A stretch of 61,757 nucleotides of DNA, filler included. It is 7 parts of 7 records of this genome, joined end to end, with 100 filler letters (N's around TTAATTAATTAA, not from the genome) between each part and the next. Parts side by side here need not be neighbours in the genome. Positions count along the whole stretch, not along the records: positions 1 to 11,590 come from SRR31156797_4672; 6 more parts are not named here. The stretch is one strand, 5' to 3'. The notes under the pieces are model-generated. The model did not search any database. It was not told where the DNA came from and saw only the letters and a program-made list of their open reading frames with translations. The position numbers were made by a program, and so were the translations under genes. Positions 1 to 10,544 of this stretch are shown piece by piece. The first letter of the stretch is position 1; each line of letters begins with the position of its first letter.

Positions 1-26
1 GAATGCTATAAAGTTTTGTCATGTAC

Positions 27-983
27 TTAAGAATATTGTCTTTTCTGCAGTGGAGGAAGTAATCGAATAAATGTACTCGCATTTAAAGATGATGGAAAAT
101 TTAGATAAAGATCAAGCGCATTGCCTTTGCTTATAAATTTATTGAGTTTTTTGGGCTTGGATATGAGTTTATGCAGATCTTTGTTGTAAGCTTCCAGTGC
201 ATATGCTTTTATGGTTACCTCGCTTAAACTACTAATTTCTTTGTTTTCTAACAGACTTCTTTTTACAGAGAGTTTTTTTGCCATACTATCCACAAGCAAT
301 TTAGGATTGACTGGTGTGATTTCGATTAAATCACCTGGATGAAATGTAATTGGCTTATTGAAATGGTTGATTTCAATATGATAAGTTTCCTTTTCGTAAC
401 AGTCTTCTCCCAGTTTTTCTGATGCAACAATTTCTCCTGAAAAGCTATTATTCTGTTTTAAACTATCTGCGTTTATACTTTGAGATGGACTTCTATCCGA
501 CTTTCCTTCTAATCTCCTTATGACTTCACAGATCCATTTGGCTGCGGATTCTCCAAAATCTTCATCGCAATCTTTTCGGGGTAATATAGCAGTCGCACCA
601 AGTTGAACAAATCGTTTTTCAAGCATTTTGGCGGCTTCACAAAATTTCTCATAACTAGAATCACCTAATCCACAAATAGCAAACTCTAATCCATTGAGTT
701 TGGGCATTTCAGAAGAGTGAATTTTCTTATAAAATTTGCGCGCTTTATTAGGAGGCATTCCATCATCATGCGTACTTACAACTACAATTACTTTTTTTAA
801 TTGAGGCAGTAAATGAGGATGAAAAGAAGACATGTTTTCAACCGGAAGGTGAATATTATTCGTCTTGCTGTATTTTTTGAGTTCATTGGCAACCATTTTG
901 GCATTACCTGTTTTGGAGCCATAAAGAATTAGTGTTTCATGGGCATGGTTGGTTTCTTTTTTCTTTTTAAAAAGATGAAGCAT
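27..983 (-). CDS. Flavodoxin-domain protein, CysJ-like diflavin reductase N-terminal half (apparently truncated)
   Basis: Flavodoxin motifs LYGSKTGNA, VVSTHDDG, GLGDSSY..FC, then the start of an FAD-binding region (YHIEI, PGD). Stops right after the RQYS motif; no NADPH domain. Confidence 0.75.
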   Translation of the reverse strand: MLHLFKKKKETNHAHETLILYGSKTGNAKMVANELKKYSKTNNIHLPVENMSSFHPHLLPQLKKVIVVVSTHDDGMPPNKARKFYKKIHSSEMPKLNGLEFAICGLGDSSYEKFCEAAKMLEKRFVQLGATAILPRKDCDEDFGESAAKWICEVIRRLEGKSDRSPSQSINADSLKQNNSFSGEIVASEKLGEDCYEKETYHIEINHFNKPITFHPGDLIEITPVNPKLLVDSMAKKLSVKRSLLENKEISSLSEVTIKAYALEAYNKDLHKLISKPKKLNKFISKGNALDLYLNFPSSLNASTFIRLLPPLQKRQYS

Positions 984-1185
984 AATGGTTAATGTTATAA
1001 ATTAAGTGAGGTTTTACTCCTTACCCATTGTAAAAATGACATGCAAGAAATACAACTATATTTAATAATGCAATACCAATTTGTTGTGATTTCATTTCAC
1101 AAGAATGTGCATATATTATCTTCCAACCAGTTATTTGAAAAAGGCTATATTAGACTGCAAGAACTATTACTCAAAAAAAGAGCGT

Positions 1186-2073
1186 ATGCTTAAAAAAATC
1201 ATCATATCAGCATTGGGATTAATCGTAGCCTTGTTTTTATTGTTTACGCCATCCGGTAAAATATCTTTTATCGATGTTCCCACCGACAACTATTTTAAGG
1301 AATCGATTTCAAAGGCTGGGATTGCTTATGCCAGTTGTCGTGTGGTGAATGCATCCGTGTCGGTTATACAGAATTCAACTTTAGAATTGGAGCCGGCTGG
1401 TGTTGGTGTTTCTCTTGCCGTTGGGCAAATTCTCGATCCTATTGATGATATGACAGAACGTTTGTCAGATATTCTGGTAACTGCCATAGTTTCGCTTGGT
1501 GTTCAGAAACTGGCATACGAAATGAGTATTTGGTTTGCTCCTTTTTTGTTAGCCATACTTTTGTTGACTTATATTTTATTCATTTGGTTTCGAAACAATA
1601 AAACAAAAGCAATTCAACAGCAAATTCTTCGAATGATTTTTCTGGTTATTGCACTTCGTTTGTGCCTTCCGTTTTCTTCTTTAGTGAATGATTTGGTGAA
1701 CGAGCATTTCTTTGAAGAAAGAATAGAAACTGCTAATGCAACCCTTAATACCGGTTCTGCTGAGCTGGATAAGTTAAGTGAATTCTCCATGCCGGAGGTG
1801 GATGGAATTATTGGAACGATAGAAAATAGTGCCCACTTTTTAACGCAAAAAGCCAAAGAATTTAAAAAGGCGCTTTCGAAACTATCAGAAAACATGGGCA
1901 GTTTAATTGATAATATGCTGCGCCTCACTTTTTTGTATGTGGGATTGTTTATTATTCAGGTTATTGTATTGCCTATTCTTTCGTTTTGGGCGATTACAAA
2001 ACTGGCAAATGGCTTATTTAAAAGTAATTTTCCAATGCTTATTAAGCACCGTGAATTGAATTCTAAAGAATAA
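1186..2073 (+). CDS. Hypothetical multi-pass membrane protein
   Basis: ORF 1105-2073; ATG 1186 (MLKKIIISALGLIVALFLL) gives a typical N-terminal anchor; several hydrophobic segments. Confidence 0.65.
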   Translation: MLKKIIISALGLIVALFLLFTPSGKISFIDVPTDNYFKESISKAGIAYASCRVVNASVSVIQNSTLELEPAGVGVSLAVGQILDPIDDMTERLSDILVTAIVSLGVQKLAYEMSIWFAPFLLAILLLTYILFIWFRNNKTKAIQQQILRMIFLVIALRLCLPFSSLVNDLVNEHFFEERIETANATLNTGSAELDKLSEFSMPEVDGIIGTIENSAHFLTQKAKEFKKALSKLSENMGSLIDNMLRLTFLYVGLFIIQVIVLPILSFWAITKLANGLFKSNFPMLIKHRELNSKE

Positions 2074-2084
2074 TATCTCCGAAA

Positions 2085-2771
2085 CTAAAAATGAAAGGCT
2101 GCTCCAATATTAACACCAATCCCCATTAAAGTAGGGTTGCTTGTTTCACTATGATGGTTATGAAAAAGTACGTGGTTAAACTGTGGCTCTGCAACTAAAC
2201 TGAATTTATCATTTAAAGCATAGGAAACAGGCACTGAAATGATTCCGGAGAAATTATAATCGCCAATTTCAAGTTTTGATTTGTTCTCATAGCCTTCGAA
2301 AATAGTTTTATAACTCAAATATTTATCAACGGATAATCCACATCGAATTCCAATTTGAATTTTATCTTTCTCATATAGTTGATATATTAAACTTACTGGC
2401 ACTGAAAAATATTCATATTGATGTGTAGAATATTCTGAATTTGATGAAGAAATATTAGAATAATTTCCATATGGAGATCCATATCCGTATCCACTATAGT
2501 AATTATTTTGAAATCTATCACTATAATTTTTTTTGTACTTAAATTTCGAATACAAAAAACGGGTATCTAAACTAAGTTTGTTGAATAATTGGTATGTATA
2601 AACTACACCAAACTCAATGGTGGCTCCAACATTATATCTTTTATTGTCATCTGAAAATACGATTTCAGTATGTTTGGGTTGAAATAGGATTCCAATTGAA
2701 TTGTTTTGTGCAAAGCATGCCATGACGCTACTTAGCAACAGTAATAAAACTACACTTACTTTTTTAATCAT
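2085..2771 (-). CDS. Outer-membrane beta-barrel protein (Bacteroidota PorT/OmpA-barrel-like)
   Basis: Signal peptide, alternating aromatic beta-strand pattern, C-terminal Phe (GAAFHF). Confidence 0.65.
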   Translation of the reverse strand: MIKKVSVVLLLLLSSVMACFAQNNSIGILFQPKHTEIVFSDDNKRYNVGATIEFGVVYTYQLFNKLSLDTRFLYSKFKYKKNYSDRFQNNYYSGYGYGSPYGNYSNISSSNSEYSTHQYEYFSVPVSLIYQLYEKDKIQIGIRCGLSVDKYLSYKTIFEGYENKSKLEIGDYNFSGIISVPVSYALNDKFSLVAEPQFNHVLFHNHHSETSNPTLMGIGVNIGAAFHF

Positions 2772-2785
2772 TATTCGCTTAAAAA

Positions 2786-3190
2786 TTATCCTACCAACAT
2801 TTTTCTGATTTCATCATAGCCTACAACTTCCTTGTTTTTCATGATAGAAAGCTTAATGATTTCATCTATTTTATCTTCCCGGATGCCTAGTAGTGCTCCT
2901 AACTCCTTACAAAAATCAATTTCTTCCACATCTACACTTAAATCCATTTTCATCATTTGAATAACTCTGTAAAAAAGTATAAAGCGATCTTCATCATTCG
3001 CTGGAGGAATAAAGTTATACTGATCTGTATTTTCGTATATGTCTTCAAAGTCAGACATAGAAATATTTAGTTTACGTGCCATTAGGTTCAGGAACATATT
3101 CTCCGAGCCAATTACCTTTCCATCGGCTTTGGCCATTTTAATTAATACCGCTAACTGTCCTTTCTCCGAATCAAAATAATTGTTTATCAT
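2786..3190 (-). CDS. TerB-family (tellurite resistance/DjlA N-terminal-like) protein
   Basis: Two-lobed pattern LIKMAKADGKV..E and MMKMDLSVDVEEIDFCKELG. Confidence 0.7.
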   Translation of the reverse strand: MINNYFDSEKGQLAVLIKMAKADGKVIGSENMFLNLMARKLNISMSDFEDIYENTDQYNFIPPANDEDRFILFYRVIQMMKMDLSVDVEEIDFCKELGALLGIREDKIDEIIKLSIMKNKEVVGYDEIRKMLVG

Positions 3191-3326
3191 ATTTAAAAGT
3201 TTTGTGTTTTAAATTTTTTTGGTTTCACGCAAAGTGCGCTAAGCATATCGCAAAGTTTAAAAAGTTCATTCTCCTTTCTCCATGTTCCCTGCTCCCTGTT
3301 TACTGAATACTGCTAACTGATCCCTG

Positions 3327-6300
3327 TTACGAATTCCAAATACATTTTTTTAGGGTTTGAGAAACTTGCGCTATACTTTCTGTAATGTTTTCCATGCCTT
3401 CAATAACCTGTGCTGTTTGGTTGTTTCCTCCGGCCTTTAGTTTCTGGTTCTTTTGGAAAGTCATTTTTATTTCTTCCCATCGTTTCATTTCCTCTTCGGA
3501 TAGTTTTTGAACGATTTCTTTAAACTTAAGCATGTTGGCTTCAGCTCCCGAAGTCAGGGTTTGCGATTCTCCTTCGTAATGAGACATTATCAAGGTTTCC
3601 AGCTCAGCATCGTTCATGATGGTCACGACTTTCTCCGTAATCTTATTCATATTACGATACGAACCTTGCAGTTTAAAAGCCGGTTCTGTTCTGTATTCCT
3701 CCGCTTGCGCAGCAGAAGCAATATATTGTTGATTTACTTTTGAAATCACATTTCTGATAATCATTAATTTTTGCAGGATATTCACATAATCATTGATTTG
3801 TCCCTGCGTGTGACTGGCTTCAAATTCAAGTCCGTCTTTACTTCCTGATTCAGCAAGTTTAAGCATGGGGTAAATGTCGTTGTGACTTTTGCTGGCCAGC
3901 TGATTCAATACCTTATTTGAGGTTAATGCGTTTTCGATATAACTCATATTGAAGATATCTGCTGTGTCTCCCAAAATATCCCCCAGGTTATAAATATCCG
4001 CACGGTTAGCCAACATATCCGGAATCTGAAATTTATCGCCGCTTTCGGTGTAGGGATTACCAGCCATGACTACGCAAACTTTGCGTCCTCTGAAATCGTA
4101 GGTTTTACTTTTACCTTTATATACACCTTCAATTTTACGCTGCGCATCACAAAGCGAAATGAATTTTTGCAGGAATTCAGGATTACAGTGCTGAATATCG
4201 TCCAGATAAATCATCACATTATCACCCATTTCAAAGGATAAATTCAATTTGTTTAGCTCTTCGCGAGCACTGGCATTACCTGCTTCAGCCGGATCGAGTG
4301 AAGTCACTTCATGACCAATAGCCGGACCGTTAATCTTCATAAAGATGATACCCAAACGACTGGCAATGTATTCCATTAAGGTTGTTTTACCATATCCGGG
4401 AGGCGAAATCAACAGCAACATACCCATTAGGTCAGTACGCTTGCCTTCTCCGGCAGTACCTAATTGTTTGGCCAGATTATCACCCACTAATGGTAAGTAA
4501 ACTTTATCTATCAGTTTATTTCGAACGAAAGATGAAAGTACTCTTGGTTTAAATTCTTGTAAACGAAGGTCTTCTTCGAATTGTGCAACCAACTGTTTTT
4601 TGACATCTGTAAATACCAGAAAACGTTCTGCCGTGTTTTTCTCATATTTCTTCAGTTTGGCAATAAACTGGTTGTAATCGAATAGGTATTTGCCTTCATT
4701 TAATACCGGATGTGTTCCCTGGAAATTATCCAGTTCTTTGCGCAAAGTAGCACGAACAATATTTTTACTATCAAAGCAATTGAGCATTAGCAGCACGGCC
4801 ACTTCGTCCAGATATTGCAGTTTATTCTGTAATTGTGCGGTATTGATAAAGGCACTGATCCATTTTTTAATCAGTTTAAACTGTGCTATAGGATCACTTT
4901 CCAATTCATCTACAGATTGTTGGTATTGGTTGGTAGCCGACTTATCTTTTATGAAACGATTAAAAGCTTCGTACAATTCAGAAGCTTCATAATCAATCAC
5001 AAAGTTTTCATCTTGAACCACTTCATGGAAAAAATATTCGGCTGCTTCGTCTACATGGATGGGATCAAACAATCCGGTTTCCTCAACAAAATTCCCTATC
5101 TGAAATTTAAGACCATCAATAATATATTGGAACTCTTGTGCATCGGGGAAGACTTCCAGTAATGCACCAACTCCTTTTAACTGTTTGTAATAGCTTTGTT
5201 TTATTTCCTGTGTAGCGTATTTATTCCAAAACCAAACAGCACAAGCCCGCGCTTGTGTTGAATATTTTAGCAAGCCCGCAGATTTTAGCAACTCCACCAG
5301 TTCTTTCACTATAATCAGGGTATCCATATCGTGCACCCCTTTTACATAACCTTCGTTAAAGCGTTGCCCCATGTAATCGCGAATGTAATTCAGGATATCA
5401 TCCTCTTTTAGCGCAATTAAATTGCCGTTAAAATCCTGCTGACATTTTTCAAATACATGATAGGCCAAATATTCGGCACGATATACTTCGTTATTTTCGG
5501 ATGGAATACTTTGATCCCATAAATCCTTAAATGAATTAAACTTTGCGTTGGTAACTTTTTCGTAGAAATTGGTTCCTGTTAAATGAAAATACATTTCATA
5601 GTCTTTAAAAACCATGGTCAGCTCGCAAGGTTGTGTATTGACAGAAAAATGGTGCTCGCCAAATTTGATGATGTTTGCTCCGTCGACAAATAACTCTGTT
5701 TTGTCTTTTAACTGACGAATCGCTTCTTCTTTAATGGTTTTAAGCTGACTTTGAATGGCATCTGCTTTTACAGAATCATCCAATGCGATCAACTCATCTA
5801 CTATATTCCGAAGCTTTTCGATCATAAGATCAGAAGCATAGTAACCATTGATCTCGCTAACTTCAGAAAATTTAGAAACCCGGTTTTGTATGGCTTTTAA
5901 TATACGATCTGAGGATTGAAATAGTGCATTCGCTCTTTTGTTTCGGGCTTCAACCAGACTTATTTTCTTAGATTCAAACGAGTTGTATATCTCATCGCGT
6001 TTGGTAGCAATTTTTTCGATAAACTCATCAAACTCCGAAAACTTACCTTCCAGTTCTTCAATCTGAACCATCAGTTTGGTCTGATACTCTACGCATTTTT
6101 CAGGTGAATCAGAAAGTTCCAGGTAATTGGTTAAACCCTGGCTGATGAGTTTAATTTGTGCATTAAATTCTGCCGTTCCTTCCAGACTTAATAACTCCTT
6201 TCGCTTGCGTTTTAAGGCTGCATTTACCTGGTTAAAGCTGGAATAAATGGTAGATATGTTATCTATGATTCGTGTAGTCTCTGTGGCATCTTCAATCTTT

Positions 6301-8243
6301 AAGTTGCTGACAATTTCAATCAGCATTTCCAGTTCACCGGAGGTTTGATTTAAATCTTCCTCAATATCATTGGCCTTTACTACCTTTTTAACCTCGTTGA
6401 TGGCTGTTTTTAATTCATCCACCTTTTGGCTATATGGTTCAAGCGCTTCCGGTTTCAATAAAAACTGAACGCAGTCATTAGAGATATCCTGATTAAATAC
6501 TTCCAGGTTTTCTTCTTCCTGCTGAATGGCTTCCAGATCAACATAGCGTAGCTCTTTTAGCGAAATGGTTTCGCCCCTAATGGTGCGTAGCTCAGCCAAT
6601 ACATCTACATACTGGTTTATCGAACTAAAAGAAGTCGCTTTTATTTTTTTAGTGAGTTCTTCCACCAAAGCCATTACGCGACTTACTTCCTGTGCCGAAT
6701 TTTTCTTTATGCTGACAACCTTTTCATATTCATCAATGGCATTTCCGGCTGTGTCTTTAATTTGTGTAAGCGGCTCCTGAAGATTATAGGTTTCCGGGTT
6801 GCTTATCCAATAGTAGGCATCTAGTATATCACCTGCTGTTTTTTGAATATCAAAATACAAGTTGGCATAACTATCTTCTTTTTGAATTAGTTTAAGTACC
6901 TCGTTACATTCCGACATTCCTCTAACAATGTCTTTGTTTCCTATTTTGTATAATATGGAGGTTTGATTGGCTTCTATCTCTGAATGAAAGTTATCATCCA
7001 GGTAAGGTGTTTTCCATATTTGAAGGACATGGTGTTTTTTGGGTGCACCATCGGTTTTAAAATAGCACATTTCACCATTCTCAAACAAAGAGTAACCATT
7101 ACAGATAATAGGTGTTTCTACTTGTTGCGCAATTAAGTTATAAGAAAGCAACACATACTCTCCACTGCTTTGATTGTAGAAAATATAAAGATAATCTTCA
7201 CCGTTAGGAGAGGGGATACGACGTAAATAGAGCATTTCGGAGAGCTCATTGTCGAAAATTTTCATCTCCCCGGTTTGCAAATAATAACCATTGGCAAAGA
7301 TAATACCGTGGCTGTCGGGTAGTAGCACGCATGAATCTTCTAAAGAGTCAATTCTTACGGCCTCTTGTATTTTTTTATTATAAACAATGTATCTAAACTG
7401 TTCTTCCTGGTATGGTTTTATTTTTAAAACAATTAGGTTATCGATAATAGAATAATAAAACTCCGCATCGTCCAGCGTTTGTGTTTTATGATCTACTTCT
7501 TCTGCATAAATTCCCAGACCAGAATCGGTATTGTTTTCAATTTTAATGGTTAAGTCACCTTCTGTGGTTTCCACAAATATCTGATCTTCGATAGAAATAT
7601 GAGGGAACTGTCCCTTCACATGCATATCGCGGGTTGTTTTTATCCATTTAAACTCGTGTTGATCCGGAAAAACAAATTCGTGGTCGCTTCGGTTATCCAC
7701 ATACTCGATATGATCGCCCTTAACCAAAAACTTAAAGGTTTTGATATCGAATTTTCCTTTGCCGGTTTTGAATACCAGAAAAAGAGAAGTCCCAATTCTG
7801 CCAAACTTTACAAATTGGGTGTCCTTATAATAACGATAAAGGTTTTTAAAGTCTTTTATAAACTCATCAGAAATCAGTATGTCGAGCGATTCCTGCGTAA
7901 AGTTGTGTTCATCGGCATTGTAACAATACACACTGAATACATCAGAAATGTCCACCTCTTTTTTTAAACCGATTAAAACATTATATCCAAAAATAAAGGC
8001 ATTTCCAATGGCCACCATATCTGATGGAATGCAGTTATTTTCCGTTGAAATTCTTTCGCTGCCAATTAGGGACGTTTCAATATTTCCAAAAACCTGTTTC
8101 CGCTCTTCATTTAATAGATCTAAACGTTTGCTCAGTTTCTTGCCATGTTGCGAAAGCCGGTTCTGGATAATTTCGTAGGTACCCTGTTCTAATTGCGGTT
8201 CTGTTGCTGTGTTTTCAGTTTCGTTAGGAGGAGTGGTAGCCAT
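3327..8243 (-). CDS. Giant AAA+ ATPase with beta-rich N-terminus and long coiled coil (family often labelled 'DNA repair ATPase')
   Basis: 1638 aa; Walker A SPPGYGKTT, Walker B IYLDDIQH, sensor-1 MAGNP, Arg-finger-like LANRAD; central helical/coiled-coil region. Confidence 0.8.
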   Translation of the reverse strand: MATTPPNETENTATEPQLEQGTYEIIQNRLSQHGKKLSKRLDLLNEERKQVFGNIETSLIGSERISTENNCIPSDMVAIGNAFIFGYNVLIGLKKEVDISDVFSVYCYNADEHNFTQESLDILISDEFIKDFKNLYRYYKDTQFVKFGRIGTSLFLVFKTGKGKFDIKTFKFLVKGDHIEYVDNRSDHEFVFPDQHEFKWIKTTRDMHVKGQFPHISIEDQIFVETTEGDLTIKIENNTDSGLGIYAEEVDHKTQTLDDAEFYYSIIDNLIVLKIKPYQEEQFRYIVYNKKIQEAVRIDSLEDSCVLLPDSHGIIFANGYYLQTGEMKIFDNELSEMLYLRRIPSPNGEDYLYIFYNQSSGEYVLLSYNLIAQQVETPIICNGYSLFENGEMCYFKTDGAPKKHHVLQIWKTPYLDDNFHSEIEANQTSILYKIGNKDIVRGMSECNEVLKLIQKEDSYANLYFDIQKTAGDILDAYYWISNPETYNLQEPLTQIKDTAGNAIDEYEKVVSIKKNSAQEVSRVMALVEELTKKIKATSFSSINQYVDVLAELRTIRGETISLKELRYVDLEAIQQEEENLEVFNQDISNDCVQFLLKPEALEPYSQKVDELKTAINEVKKVVKANDIEEDLNQTSGELEMLIEIVSNLKIEDATETTRIIDNISTIYSSFNQVNAALKRKRKELLSLEGTAEFNAQIKLISQGLTNYLELSDSPEKCVEYQTKLMVQIEELEGKFSEFDEFIEKIATKRDEIYNSFESKKISLVEARNKRANALFQSSDRILKAIQNRVSKFSEVSEINGYYASDLMIEKLRNIVDELIALDDSVKADAIQSQLKTIKEEAIRQLKDKTELFVDGANIIKFGEHHFSVNTQPCELTMVFKDYEMYFHLTGTNFYEKVTNAKFNSFKDLWDQSIPSENNEVYRAEYLAYHVFEKCQQDFNGNLIALKEDDILNYIRDYMGQRFNEGYVKGVHDMDTLIIVKELVELLKSAGLLKYSTQARACAVWFWNKYATQEIKQSYYKQLKGVGALLEVFPDAQEFQYIIDGLKFQIGNFVEETGLFDPIHVDEAAEYFFHEVVQDENFVIDYEASELYEAFNRFIKDKSATNQYQQSVDELESDPIAQFKLIKKWISAFINTAQLQNKLQYLDEVAVLLMLNCFDSKNIVRATLRKELDNFQGTHPVLNEGKYLFDYNQFIAKLKKYEKNTAERFLVFTDVKKQLVAQFEEDLRLQEFKPRVLSSFVRNKLIDKVYLPLVGDNLAKQLGTAGEGKRTDLMGMLLLISPPGYGKTTLMEYIASRLGIIFMKINGPAIGHEVTSLDPAEAGNASAREELNKLNLSFEMGDNVMIYLDDIQHCNPEFLQKFISLCDAQRKIEGVYKGKSKTYDFRGRKVCVVMAGNPYTESGDKFQIPDMLANRADIYNLGDILGDTADIFNMSYIENALTSNKVLNQLASKSHNDIYPMLKLAESGSKDGLEFEASHTQGQINDYVNILQKLMIIRNVISKVNQQYIASAAQAEEYRTEPAFKLQGSYRNMNKITEKVVTIMNDAELETLIMSHYEGESQTLTSGAEANMLKFKEIVQKLSEEEMKRWEEIKMTFQKNQKLKAGGNNQTAQVIEGMENITESIAQVSQTLKKCIWNS

Positions 8244-8367
8244 AGTATTTTGAATTATGGAAAAGAGATATTCGAATATTGATCAGAAGATATGAGTCTA
8301 CATCTTAAAATGCTTATTCTGTCTATCTCCGGCAATTATTTAACTGAATGTATTGAGAATATAATAT

Positions 8368-8414
8368 TCCAAAGCACAAGTTTTTATGGATTAAATAAGG
8401 ACTTGTGCTTTGGA
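8368..8414. terminator. Intergenic stem-loop between flotillin and ATPase genes
   Basis: Perfect 14-bp inverted repeat TCCAAAGCACAAGT (8368-8381) / ACTTGTGCTTTGGA (8401-8414); no strong U-tract on the minus strand. Confidence 0.5.
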
Positions 8415-8429
8415 GATGTTTTATTAAGT

Positions 8430-10538
8430 TTAAAAAGGATCTATTCCTATTTCACTTGCTGATTTATTTGAAACGCCTAAACCTTTGGCAATATCTAACA
8501 GGTTAAAAATGGAAGATTTGTCTCCTTCATCGGTAGCCAGATTACCAATTTTAAATAAAAGATTAGATAGTGTCAGGTTTTTCATGTCTTCTGAGCTCAC
8601 ACCAAACTGATCGATAAATTTGCGAACATTGTGCTTAAACGACTGACCATCTTCGCTAGAGAAGAAAGTGTCTTTTACTTGCTTTAATACATCGCTGTTA
8701 TCCACCATACGGTCTACGCTTTTACCATTCGAGATGGCATTCATAATCTGATTGAAGAACATGGTTTCTCCACCTACAATATCAATATTAGCAGCCTTAA
8801 GCGCTTCGCTTAATACTTTAGCCTGTGCAGATGCAATGTCTTTTTGAATATTGATTTTGGCCAACTGAATATCTTTGTCCTTGTTCAGGCGCAGTTTAAA
8901 CTCTTCATGCTCTTTTCCAACGCCATCCATCTTTTTCATGGCAGCTGCCTTTTCTTCAATACCTTTCGCTTCAACTGTAAACTTCTCGCTGTTTACACGG
9001 TTTTGAGCCATTCCTTCTTTTTCAGCCGCTTGTGCTTTTGCTTCAGTTACACTGGCTTCCGACAAGCCTTTTTCTTTAATCGCTTCTGCTTCAGCTTTCG
9101 ATTTTTCCAAAATTATTCTGGCCTCAGCCGTACCTTCTTTCTCTTTGGCTTCGGCTTTAGCCTCAATTACCTGCGCTTCAGAAATACCTAAGGCAGCTGC
9201 TTCGGCTGCTTTAGCTTCGGCTAAAATCTTAGTAGCATTCGCTTCTTTGTCTGCTGCCTCCTGGGCTGCTTTGGCTTCTAAAATACGTTGTTCAGTTTTA
9301 TATTCTGCCGCTTTGCGGTTCGCTTCGGCGCTTTTAATTTCAGTAACTAAGTTTGTTTCCGCTTCTTTTTCCGCTTCTTTAATAGCTACTAATTTTTGTC
9401 TGTCAGCTTCGGCTTGCGCTTGTGTATCTTTAATTTTTTCTTCCTCAATTACAACCGATTTTTGTACTTCAATACGATCGCGGATCACTTCCTGCATTTT
9501 CTTTTGCTCCGCTTCCATCAGCTTCTCTTTTTCCATACGAGCCATAGCTACAATTTTTTCACGCTCGTTTTCTTCCAGTTGCTGATCTTTTAATACGCCT
9601 TCGTTTTCAATGGCTTCAGTACGCTCTTTGTTTTTGCGCGCCACAATTACCTGACGTTCTTTATTTTCTTCTGCTACCTGAATTTCTTCTTCGGTAGCCA
9701 GACGGGCATTTTCGCTAATTAGCTTTTGTTCTTGCTCAACTTTTAAAATCTCAGCACCTTCTCGGGCTTTAATATTAGCAATTTCTCTTTTTTGTTTCTC
9801 TTCTGTTTCTGCCAATTGCTTTTGTAATTGCAATACTGTTTCCTTGGCTTCTACATCTTGCTTGGTTACGGTTTTTTCTTTGTCTCTGCGAATTTGGTTC
9901 GCCATTATTTGTTGCTCCGAAGTAATTCGGGTAATCTTTTTAATACCTTCTACATCTAAAATGTTATCCGGTGAAAGTACTTCAATAGATGTTTGCTCTA
10001 AAAAGTCAATGGCACAGTCATCCAACACATATCCGTTTAAGTCGGTACCAATTGTTCTCAAAATTTCAAGCTTAAATTTTTCGCGAGAGTTATATAATTC
10101 TACAAAGTCGAATTGTTTACCTACTGTCTTTAGTGCTTCGGAAAACTTGGCGTCGAATAAATCAACCAACGATTCTTTATCCGAGGCTCTTTTACAACCA
10201 ATGGATTGTGCTACCTGAATTACATCTTCCGAAGTTTTGTTTACACGAACAAAGAAGTTGACTTTGATGTCGGCTCTCAGGTTATCTTTACAGATCAAAC
10301 CTTCTTTACCCATACGGGAAATGGTTACTGTTTTTAAGGTGATGTCCATAATCTCCATGTGGTGTAATATGGGGATAACGAACATTCCACTGAACGATAC
10401 TTTTGCGCCTCCTGATCCGGTGCGCACTAAAGCTTGTCCCTGGGTGGCCTTACGCCAGGTTTTAATAATTAGTACAATAAAACCAAAAGCTATTATTCCA
10501 ATAACAATCAGTACAATTTGAGGAATTCCTGCTAACAT
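8430..10538 (-). CDS. Flotillin/SPFH (band 7) family protein, YqiK-like
   Basis: N-terminal TM helix, SPFH region (ALVRTG, GLICKDNLRADIKVNFFVRV), long AEA/EK-rich coiled coil. Confidence 0.85.
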   Translation of the reverse strand: MLAGIPQIVLIVIGIIAFGFIVLIIKTWRKATQGQALVRTGSGGAKVSFSGMFVIPILHHMEIMDITLKTVTISRMGKEGLICKDNLRADIKVNFFVRVNKTSEDVIQVAQSIGCKRASDKESLVDLFDAKFSEALKTVGKQFDFVELYNSREKFKLEILRTIGTDLNGYVLDDCAIDFLEQTSIEVLSPDNILDVEGIKKITRITSEQQIMANQIRRDKEKTVTKQDVEAKETVLQLQKQLAETEEKQKREIANIKAREGAEILKVEQEQKLISENARLATEEEIQVAEENKERQVIVARKNKERTEAIENEGVLKDQQLEENEREKIVAMARMEKEKLMEAEQKKMQEVIRDRIEVQKSVVIEEEKIKDTQAQAEADRQKLVAIKEAEKEAETNLVTEIKSAEANRKAAEYKTEQRILEAKAAQEAADKEANATKILAEAKAAEAAALGISEAQVIEAKAEAKEKEGTAEARIILEKSKAEAEAIKEKGLSEASVTEAKAQAAEKEGMAQNRVNSEKFTVEAKGIEEKAAAMKKMDGVGKEHEEFKLRLNKDKDIQLAKINIQKDIASAQAKVLSEALKAANIDIVGGETMFFNQIMNAISNGKSVDRMVDNSDVLKQVKDTFFSSEDGQSFKHNVRKFIDQFGVSSEDMKNLTLSNLLFKIGNLATDEGDKSSIFNLLDIAKGLGVSNKSASEIGIDPF

Positions 10539-10544
10539 GTTTTT

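Noticed and set aside
3195-3326. Short repeats (CGCAAAGT twice, TCCCTG, ACTG units) downstream of the ATPase
   Set aside because: Too short and irregular to support a defined element.
8844-10521. Several plus-strand ORFs opposite the flotillin gene
   Set aside because: Antisense artefacts of the Ala/Glu/Lys-rich coiled-coil coding sequence.
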